Virus record (IMG/VR): IMGVR_UViG_2609459844_000003
Span: 1-6,259 of that record
Source of the DNA: a virus
Taxonomy: Duplodnaviria > Heunggongvirae > Uroviricota > Caudoviricetes
Length of the DNA: 6,259 nucleotides
Direction: 5' to 3' (one strand)
Shown: positions 1-6,259 of the stretch, piece after piece
How positions within the stretch are numbered: position 1 is the first letter of the stretch
Layout of the letters: each line of letters opens with the position of its first letter
Notes under the pieces: generated by a model
What the model saw: only the letters and a program-made list of their open reading frames with translations
The model's database searches: none
What the model was told of the DNA's origin: nothing
Program-made: the position numbers and the translations under genes

Positions 1-1263
<1,263 letters not shown>

Positions 1264-1560
1264 TAATTAATGCTTAGAACAGGATCATATACCTGTATCA
1301 GGTCAGTCCACTCTTCACCTAAACGTGCAGATGTGTTAATCCGTCTCCCTGCTTAGCACCACTCTTTTGGTGATATACCCGTTTTGGCATAGTCGGCGAG
1401 AGACTGGTGTTGCAGCACTGTCCAGTCCTGTTTTACCATAAACCCCCTAGTTTTATCTTTTAATTAATAGATATTAGTAAGATGAATCAATGATGTGCTC
1501 AGAGCAAAGCACATCCTGCGTTGCTTTTAGTGCCATTTAACCTATAGAGAGATATGACGC

Positions 1561-1806
1561 GTGAGAAAGTTAATCTGTCTAATTTCGTTCGTTGCAACAT
1601 GCGGATTCGGGTATCAGGCATACCAGCATCATGGACTGGCTTCTCTACTGGCTTTCTTAGTCAGCTTAGGGGCTTTTCTAACTGCTGTAGCCAACTTAAT
1701 AAGTGAGAAGAAGAAGTCATCCTCTATAAGCCAAGTGATTGGTAATAACTCTTCAGGAATACAAGTCAGTGGTAATTTAACCATTAATGAAAAGGACAAA
1801 AAATGA
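1561..1806 (+). CDS. hypothetical small protein with hydrophobic segments; possibly the N-terminal part of the downstream gene
   Basis: 81-codon ORF in AT-rich DNA, GTG start with only a weak AGAGAG Shine-Dalgarno-like element. One strongly hydrophobic segment (LASLLAFLVSLGAFLTAVANLI) and a weaker one before it. The stop overlaps the downstream ATG (ATGA at 1803..1806). The C-terminal GNNSSGIQVSGN motif recurs in the N-terminus of the next ORF. Confidence 0.4.
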   Translation: MRKLICLISFVATCGFGYQAYQHHGLASLLAFLVSLGAFLTAVANLISEKKKSSSISQVIGNNSSGIQVSGNLTINEKDKK

Positions 1807-2711
1807 GTCTTTTCGATCATAAGTCGGGTCAACATGTCGGAGATGGTTCTACCGCAATCCAAGTAACCGGTGATGCTATCATTGGTAATACTACTACTGA
1901 AGTAGTTACTATCTGTGAATTAGTAGTTCAAGCACAAATGGCTTCTTTAAAAGAGGAAGCATATAAACTTGTAAACCAACGAGCGATAGAATTTGGTAAT
2001 CAGATTGCAGCTAAACTTTCTAGTGACCTTGATCATAAATTAAAAGAGAAATTATCCGACCCTGACATTCAATATTCGATGAACCAAGCTGTAACTCAGG
2101 TGGCTCGAAAAGGATTTGATGAAAAATCGGAGTTACTTAAAGAGCTAATCGTTTCTAAAATTCAAACTGAAGAAGAAGAGGATAGTATAGTTATAGATCA
2201 CGCTCTTGAGGTGACATCTAAATTAACAACAAACGACATTAAATTTCTCTCTCTAATATATTACCTCAGAAACATAAATAAGATACGAAACGGTATTAAC
2301 ATGACAGCTCTTGCTGAAAGAAATGAAACTCACTTTGGATTAATTGGCTTTACCGTAGAGCAAAACCATTCAGCCCACAAAGAATACTATGCTCGCTATG
2401 ATATTGATTACATTAAATTCTTAGATAAAATAGAGTCTTTGAGAAAAATAAACATTGATCTCCTCAGCTTAAAAGGCGTTATCTTCACAGACAAGCAATA
2501 CGTAACAAACTATCAAGACCTACTTGGAAAAAGGACTGGAATCACCAGCTTTGAAAGCGATGAGATGTTCTTTGAAACATTTCCTGCTTTAAAGTTAACT
2601 CTAGATGCATTTGGCGTATCGACCATAAATGACTTTAATTCATATGTTTTAAATCCAATTGGCGACCTGATTGCTCAAAACTTTCTTCGGGCTCGGAACT
2701 TCCTTCAATAG
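1803..2711 (+). CDS. hypothetical protein, 302 aa, no recognisable family; AT-rich accessory cargo
   Basis: A 909-nt ORF in AT-rich sequence where chance ORFs are short. ATG at 1803 with AAAGGA Shine-Dalgarno 6 nt upstream. Protein is K/E/I/N-rich. I see no Walker A, HNH, DDE or obvious HEPN signature by eye. Confidence 0.8.
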   Translation: MSLFDHKSGQHVGDGSTAIQVTGDAIIGNTTTEVVTICELVVQAQMASLKEEAYKLVNQRAIEFGNQIAAKLSSDLDHKLKEKLSDPDIQYSMNQAVTQVARKGFDEKSELLKELIVSKIQTEEEEDSIVIDHALEVTSKLTTNDIKFLSLIYYLRNINKIRNGINMTALAERNETHFGLIGFTVEQNHSAHKEYYARYDIDYIKFLDKIESLRKINIDLLSLKGVIFTDKQYVTNYQDLLGKRTGITSFESDEMFFETFPALKLTLDAFGVSTINDFNSYVLNPIGDLIAQNFLRARNFLQ

Positions 2712-2745
2712 GATAAAAATTATCGTTTGTAAACATTCGACAGAA

Positions 2746-2771
2746 AAGGGTATTTTTATTAAGATACCCTT
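2746..2771. terminator. hairpin between convergent transcription units; possible weak terminator
   Basis: Perfect 8-bp inverted repeat AAGGGTAT / ATACCCTT (2746..2753 and 2764..2771) with inner pairs possible, 35 nt after the stop of the 302-aa ORF. The stem is AT-rich with only a GGG/CCC core, and there is no clean U-tract on the plus side and only a short T-rich tail on the minus side. Confidence 0.25.
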
Positions 2772-2890
2772 CAAATCCACACTTACTACAAATATATCTA
2801 TAAAAAATAATTTAATTATCGAGATACATATCATTACATGATGTAGAGCTGAAAACTATTCAGCCCAACTTACATTTATCACATTCATAT

Positions 2891-3151
2891 TCATTTAAAA
2901 TGATTTACAACCTTAACGTCTCTGTCCTTTAACTCCATAATTTTTCCTAGTTGCTTGCGTTCCAACTCAATTTTACTGATACCAGTCAGTTGGTTATTCG
3001 CCTTCTCAATAGTAGCCAGCAGCGGCCCGATCCAGAGAACAGCCTGGCAGTATGTCAGGGAGCTGGCGGTAATGGAGTCACCACCGACTGCGTCAGCGTT
3101 ACCGGTATCGGTGTGCATTGTACAAGCATTCACCGAATGCCTGCTGTACAT
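2891..3151 (-). CDS. hypothetical protein, 86 aa (questionable)
   Basis: ORF in a locally GC-richer patch directly after the 79-aa ORF. No convincing Shine-Dalgarno before the ATG at 3151. C-terminal part is charged and helical-looking. Could be real, a gene remnant or spurious. Confidence 0.3.
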   Translation of the reverse strand: MYSRHSVNACTMHTDTGNADAVGGDSITASSLTYCQAVLWIGPLLATIEKANNQLTGISKIELERKQLGKIMELKDRDVKVVNHFK

Positions 3152-3168
3152 TCTCGGAACTCATACTT

Positions 3169-3408
3169 TCAGACAAACTGTTTCCAGATGATTTTATTAA
3201 AAATAGCCTTTCCCACCTCTAGAACCAACGCTGATACAAACATATAACCTCCAATCTCAGTCAACATATTAGAGGTAGCCCCACTAACCACTAATCCTAA
3301 ACCCCCTAACAACAAAAGTCCGATACCAGCCCAGAAAAGACTAAAGCTATGTACAGTAATTGAATAAACCAAATCTGTTAAGGCAACCTTCAGTTGAAAC
3401 TTATTCAT
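3169..3408 (-). CDS. small hydrophobic membrane protein, 79 aa, unknown function
   Basis: ATG at 3408 with GGAG Shine-Dalgarno 8 nt upstream, 67 nt downstream of the Rz stop on the same strand. Contains long Gly/Leu-rich hydrophobic stretches (FSLFWAGIGLLLLGGLGLVVSGA and GGYMFVSALVLEVG), consistent with two transmembrane helices. Confidence 0.6.
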   Translation of the reverse strand: MNKFQLKVALTDLVYSITVHSFSLFWAGIGLLLLGGLGLVVSGATSNMLTEIGGYMFVSALVLEVGKAIFNKIIWKQFV

Positions 3409-3475
3409 TATACAATCTCCATCTGCATGTTGAATTCATCCATGATCGTACTCATAAGCAGGTAGAGCTTTTCCA

Positions 3476-3982
3476 TCATTTATTCCGATAATTGTGATCT
3501 GACTCTCTCACCGAGTCGTAAATGCGCTCACACGTCATTCCCGAGCGGTAGCGTTCGTCAGCAATTGCAGCATAACGTTTAGCTTCTTCTGCAAGGCTTC
3601 CGAGCATGTCGGCGAGCACTGCGGCATCGGCTCCGACTGTTTTGCGTCTGACGGCAACGGCAAGATCTGTGGTGTGCTTTGCTGCATCCAGGCGGGTGGC
3701 AAGTTTTGTTGCTTCGGTGCGCAACTGGCTAACAGTGGCAGACAGGCCAGCAACAGTGGCAGCGGCTTTGGCGGCTTTAGCTTGAGCATCTTTTACAGCC
3801 TCATCACGGGCAATAATGCGCCCTTGTTCAATCATGCGGGCCGCAGCCTGCGCGTTCGCTACCTGCGAAGATTCCGCGCTATCACGTTCCGCCCATTTCT
3901 TTTGCCAGCCCCAGTCGCTCCAGACGCTTCCGGCAATAAACGCACAAGCCACCAGCAGAAACACAGCAAATGCTTTACTCAC
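3476..3982 (-). CDS. Rz: phage i-spanin Rz (inner-membrane spanin subunit)
   Basis: Lies immediately after the endolysin. Preferred start is GTG at 3982, overlapping the endolysin TGA stop (GTGA) with GGGGGA 8 nt upstream. N-terminal transmembrane segment [20 protein letters not shown], then an Ala/Lys/Glu-rich coiled-coil-like periplasmic region. Contains an embedded +1-frame lipoprotein ORF. The track's alternative ATG at 4045 would overlap the endolysin by 66 nt and has a poor Shine-Dalgarno. Confidence 0.8.
   Translation of the reverse strand: MSKAFAVFLLVACAFIAGSVWSDWGWQKKWAERDSAESSQVANAQAAARMIEQGRIIARDEAVKDAQAKAAKAAATVAGLSATVSQLRTEATKLATRLDAAKHTTDLAVAVRRKTVGADAAVLADMLGSLAEEAKRYAAIADERYRSGMTCERIYDSVRESDHNYRNK
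3535..3789 (-). CDS. Rz1: phage o-spanin Rz1 (outer-membrane lipoprotein), wholly embedded in Rz in another frame
   Basis: Begins MLKLK, as lambda Rz1 does. Lipobox LLASC (signal peptidase II site) after a hydrophobic leader; proline-rich mature part with Cys residues. GAGG Shine-Dalgarno 9 nt upstream of the ATG at 3789. Confidence 0.75.
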   Translation of the reverse strand: MLKLKPPKPLPLLLACLPLLASCAPKQQNLPPAWMQQSTPQILPLPSDAKQSEPMPQCSPTCSEALQKKLNVMLQLLTNATARE

Positions 3983-4527
3983 TGATCTATCCCCCAACAC
4001 GCCAGCGCGCTTTCCTGGTCCCGGCGGATAACCTGACCATAACATCCGTCTTTCTGGCCTTTCGTCAGCCGACAGTCACGTCCACCGTCTTTAATCCACC
4101 AGCGAATAGCCTCACATGCTCCCTTGCGGTCACCGGCATTAATTCGTTTGTAGAAAGTTGACGGGAAACATTTTCCTGGACCGATGTTATAAGGACAAAA
4201 TGACGCGATACCCACTTTCTGAGGTTCGGTCAGAGACACCTTGATATTGCGTTCCACCCATGTCAGCGCTTTGTCGCGCTCAATGGAATTTACAATGTTG
4301 CACTGCGCTTTTGTTGCCGTCATCCCTTTGACGACACGCTTACCATCGATAACCGTCACGCCACGACATAACGTCCATACTCCGCCCGGATCCATCACCG
4401 CCACCAGCGTATTACCTTCTTTCTCTTCGATAAACTGATCGAACAGTACCGGTGCTGAAGCCCCGGCAGCCAATAGCGCCAGCATGGCGGCACTAAGTTT
4501 ATTTCTTGTTCCCGGAGACATGACCAT
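3979..4527 (-). CDS. R: phage endolysin, T4-lysozyme-like (GH24) with N-terminal SAR (signal-anchor-release) domain
   Basis: 182 aa. The C-terminal two thirds closely match lambdoid/Stx-prophage R lysozymes as I recall them ([70 protein letters not shown]...[19 protein letters not shown]). The N-terminus has a weakly hydrophobic Gly/Ala-rich segment [19 protein letters not shown] typical of SAR endolysins. GGAGG Shine-Dalgarno 9 nt upstream. Confidence 0.93.
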   Translation of the reverse strand: MVMSPGTRNKLSAAMLALLAAGASAPVLFDQFIEEKEGNTLVAVMDPGGVWTLCRGVTVIDGKRVVKGMTATKAQCNIVNSIERDKALTWVERNIKVSLTEPQKVGIASFCPYNIGPGKCFPSTFYKRINAGDRKGACEAIRWWIKDGGRDCRLTKGQKDGCYGQVIRRDQESALACWGIDQ

Positions 4528-4768
4528 TAAGGCGGTCCTCCCGTTCTTTGCGCCGGTAATACCAGTTCACGGCACAGGTGATAACAGTGCAGGCAATACC
4601 GACGATGATTGCCCAGTCACTCAGGCTGAGACCTGCAATTTTGTCGACCAGCATCCACGAAACCTCTTTCGTTGAACTGGCGTAAGCCTTAGCAGAGATA
4701 CCACAGCCTGTAAGTGTTGTTCCTGTTCCATATGAAAGCCTGCTGGAAAGTGTGCTCATTCTGGCCAT
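4499..4768 (-). CDS. S: phage holin, pinholin-like (S21-type architecture) with dual-start motif
   Basis: 89 aa, overlapping the endolysin start. N-terminus M-A-R-M gives two in-frame starts separated by a positive residue (holin/antiholin arrangement); GGAGG sits 2 nt before Met1 and 11 nt before Met4. Gly/Thr-rich weak first hydrophobic segment, strong second transmembrane segment WAIIVGIACTVITCAVNWYY, highly charged C-terminus RRKEREDRL, resembling phage 21 S pinholin layout. Confidence 0.8.
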   Translation of the reverse strand: MARMSTLSSRLSYGTGTTLTGCGISAKAYASSTKEVSWMLVDKIAGLSLSDWAIIVGIACTVITCAVNWYYRRKEREDRLNGHVSGNKK

Positions 4769-4939
4769 AACCTCCCCCTGTCCGGGAGACTGTTAACCCG
4801 GTTTACGGGTGTTAAAAAAACGCTGAATACGACTTGCCCATTTGATGCTGCAGTTATTAAGCTGACTTTTCAGCCTTTGACTGACTGAAAACCGACTAAG
4901 CCGCTCGAAGGAAAACGGTACGATGATTAAGGAGCTGAA

Positions 4940-5176
4940 ATGAAGGTTTCAAAAAAAGAGTTTGAAAAATTAAAAACAAGAGTGTGCATAGCCGAGATAG
5001 CGCTTGCTTATACACTTACAGGACTGTCATCAAAGTACCCGGAATTGAAAACTTCAGTAGTTAAGGCACTAAATGCGGATGTAAAACTGAACGAGTGTAA
5101 TAATCCTGAAGCAGCCAAAGCCATCTCAGACCTCTCAAAACTGATTGATAGCTTTACTGTCGTTGGTCCGGAATAA
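4940..5176 (+). CDS. hypothetical small protein, 78 aa, opposite-strand moron between tRNA and holin
   Basis: Strong AAGGAG Shine-Dalgarno 5 nt upstream of the ATG. Looks lower in GC than the flanking lysis genes. Predicted soluble, helical and K/E-rich. No family recognised. Confidence 0.6.
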   Translation: MKVSKKEFEKLKTRVCIAEIALAYTLTGLSSKYPELKTSVVKALNADVKLNECNNPEAAKAISDLSKLIDSFTVVGPE

Positions 5177-5263
5177 ACTCTTTCCGATAAATTCGTGGTG
5201 TTTCGACGTGTCACCAGGGATTCATACAGTTAGCTCAGAAGGCCGATGCTCTCCAGTGATGGA

Positions 5264-5340
5264 TGGTGGCCCTTGCCGGACTTGAACCAGCGACCAGGCG
5301 ATTATGAGTCGCACGCTCTGACCAACTGAGCTAAAGGGCC
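5264..5340 (-). tRNA. ileZ: tRNA with anticodon CAU, most like tRNA-Ile2 (lysidine-modified) of lambdoid/Stx prophages; may be annotated tRNA-Met
   Basis: Minus strand 5'-GGCCCTTTAGCTCAGTTGGTCAGAGCGTGCGACTCATAATCGCCTGGTCGCTGGTTCAAGTCCGGCAAGGGCCACCA-3', 77 nt. Folded by hand: 7-bp acceptor stem GGCCCTT/AAGGGCC, D-arm GCTC/GAGC, anticodon loop CTCATAA (CAT), T-arm GCTGG/CCGGC with TTCAAGT loop, encoded CCA. Anticodon arm resembles E. coli ileX-type tRNA. Confidence 0.9.
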
Positions 5341-5396
5341 CTGACGCTGCGGTGCCGGACCGCTATTATTCCGGTAGATTGCGCGCTGATACACAA

Positions 5397-5421
5397 TGAA
5401 CCGCCCCGGGAATCCTGGAGA
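5397..5421 (+). repeat. IS629 left terminal inverted repeat (IRL)
   Basis: Begins with the TG dinucleotide typical of IS3-family termini, 54 nt upstream of orfA. The exact IR length cannot be set without the right end. Confidence 0.55.
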
Positions 5422-5450
5422 CTAAACTTCCTGAGAAAGAGGTAAACAGG

Positions 5451-5777
5451 ATGACTAAAAATACTCGTTTTTCCCCCGAAGTCCGTCAACGGGCAGTCCG
5501 TATGGTTCTGGAAAGTCAGAGCGAATATGACTCACAATGGGCGACAATTTGTTCCATTGCTCCAAAGATTGGCTGTACGCCGGAGACTCTGCGTGTCTGG
5601 GTTCGCCAGCATGAGCGGGATACCGGGGGCGGTGATGGAGGGCTCACCACCGCTGAACGTCAGCGTCTGAAAGAGCTGGAACGTGAAAATCGTGAACTGC
5701 GCCGCAGTAACGATATCCTTCGCCAGGCTTCCGCTTATTTTGCGAAGGCGGAGTTCGACCGCCTCTGGAAAAAGTGA
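5451..5777 (+). CDS. IS629 transposase OrfA, 108 aa
   Basis: [108 protein letters not shown] is near-identical to IS629/IS1203 OrfA from memory. GAGG Shine-Dalgarno 8 nt upstream. Confidence 0.95.
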   Translation: MTKNTRFSPEVRQRAVRMVLESQSEYDSQWATICSIAPKIGCTPETLRVWVRQHERDTGGGDGGLTTAERQRLKELERENRELRRSNDILRQASAYFAKAEFDRLWKK

Positions 5778-6259
5778 TGCCACTGCTGGATAAGCTGCGT
5801 AAGCTGTACGGGGTCGGACCGGTATGCAGTGAACTACATATTGCCCCGTCAACGTATTACCACTGTCAGCAACAGCGACATCATCCGGATAAACGCAGTG
5901 CCCGTGCGCAGCGCGATGACTGGCTGAAGAAAGAGATACAGCGCGTATACGATGAAAATCACAAGGTATACGGTGTGCGTAAAGTCTGGCGTCAGTTGTT
6001 ACGGGAAGGTATCAGAGTGGCCAGATGCACTGTGGCACGTCTCATGGCGGTTATGGGACTTGCCGGTGTTCTCCGGGGTAAAAAGGTCCGTACGACCATC
6101 AGCCGGAAAGCCGTTGCCGCAGGCGACCGCGTAAACCGTCAGTTCGTGGCAGAACGACCTGACCAGCTGTGGGTGGCTGATTTTACTTACGTCAGCACAT
6201 GGCGGGGCTTCGTCTATGTGGCGTTCATCATTGATGTGTTTGCCGGATACATCGTGGGG
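5777..6259 (+). CDS. IS629 transposase OrfB (DDE domain), 5' part only; -1 frame relative to orfA
   Basis: ATG at 5777 overlaps the orfA stop (TGATG), with an AAAAAG run at 5769..5774. Translation [99 protein letters not shown]...QLWVADFTYVSTWRGFVYVAFIIDVFAGYIVG is open to the window end. Missing from the ORF track because it has no stop in the window. Confidence 0.9.
   Translation, partial: MPLLDKLRKLYGVGPVCSELHIAPSTYYHCQQQRHHPDKRSARAQRDDWLKKEIQRVYDENHKVYGVRKVWRQLLREGIRVARCTVARLMAVMGLAGVLRGKKVRTTISRKAVAAGDRVNRQFVAERPDQLWVADFTYVSTWRGFVYVAFIIDVFAGYIVG

Larger units (their letters stand above)
5397..6259 (+). mobile_element. IS629/IS1203 (IS3 family), partial; continues beyond window end
   Basis: Left end TGAACCGCCCCGGGAATCCTGGAGACTAAACTTCC starts at 5397 and matches the IS629 left terminus as I recall it. 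It is followed by orfA and an overlapping -1-frame orfB that both match IS629 proteins. Confidence 0.9.

Noticed and set aside
1290-1441. Alternative IS boundary near 1316 (minus-strand TGAAGAGTGGACTGACC resembles an IS3-type terminus) and a 28-codon minus-strand ORF (MVKQDWTVLQHQSLADYAKTGISPKEWC)
   Set aside because: The nearer TGTAGTGGCACAC... terminus at 1232 matches the IS911-type inverted repeat better. The second sequence may be a relic of another IS end or pure chance, and the short ORF is too small and unsupported to call.
1629-1862. Minus-strand 77-aa ORF
   Set aside because: Antisense to the two-ORF module and spans its junction. No Shine-Dalgarno, and the protein looks low-complexity.
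2649-2834. Minus-strand 61-aa ORF
   Set aside because: Overlaps the 3' end of the 302-aa ORF and the intergenic hairpin. AT-rich, isoleucine-rich translation typical of a spurious frame.
2951-3247. Plus-strand ORFs 2951..3247 and 2955..3191
   Set aside because: They overlap each other and the better-supported minus-strand ORFs, with no ribosome-binding sites and no recognisable protein features.
3476-4045. Rz starting at ATG 4045 (189 aa) as in the ORF track
   Set aside because: That start would overlap the endolysin by 66 nt and has a poor Shine-Dalgarno. The GTG at 3982 overlaps the endolysin stop (GTGA) and has GGGGGA upstream, the usual R-Rz arrangement.
3674-4675. Plus-strand ORFs 3674..3985, 3816..4031, 3970..4161, 4241..4438 and 4484..4675
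   Set aside because: All are antisense shadows of the Rz, endolysin and holin genes. Their translations are Ser/Pro/Ala-rich low-complexity sequence typical of reverse-strand frames of GC-moderate coding DNA.
5008-5214. Minus-strand 68-aa ORF
   Set aside because: Antisense to the plus-strand ORF at 4940..5176, which has a strong Shine-Dalgarno. No start signals of its own.
5229-5240. Plus-strand GTTAGCTCAG, which resembles the 5' D-arm region of a tRNA
   Set aside because: No complementary GAGC D-stem partner, anticodon arm or T-arm follows on the plus strand. It is better explained as the reverse complement of the possible decayed minus-strand tRNA-Arg fragment.
4769-5263. Shiga toxin (stxAB) or another toxin operon between the tRNA and the holin
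   Set aside because: The interval is only about 500 bp and contains a single 78-codon opposite-strand ORF. Nothing resembling an A-B5 toxin operon is present.
5532-6134. Minus-strand ORF 5532..5852 and plus-strand ORF 5952..6134
   Set aside because: Inside IS629 orfA/orfB in wrong frames. The true orfB is the -1 frame open from 5777 to the window end.

Overview
This window reads as an enterobacterial (E. coli-like) lambdoid prophage late-region remnant bracketed by two different IS3-family insertion sequences in opposite orientations. From left to right: (1) an IS911-like element on the minus strand (1..~1232, running off the window start) with intact orfA, an A-AAA-AAG frameshift site and an open DDE orfB frame; (2) a visibly AT-rich cargo segment (~1233..2950) carrying a plus-strand two-ORF module, a small hydrophobic ORF overlapping (ATGA) a 302-aa ORF of unknown function, which is the most interesting candidate for an undescribed system; (3) a weak convergent hairpin; (4) two small minus-strand ORFs, one a well-formed 79-aa membrane protein; (5) a complete minus-strand lysis cassette: pinholin-like holin with dual start, SAR endolysin, and Rz with embedded Rz1 lipoprotein; (6) a small plus-strand moron ORF with a strong Shine-Dalgarno; (7) a minus-strand tRNA with anticodon CAU (ileZ-like tRNA-Ile2); (8) IS629/IS1203 on the plus strand (5397..end, running off the window end). 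All calls come from reading the sequence and ORF track by hand; no database search or computation was run, and family names rest on recalled similarity.
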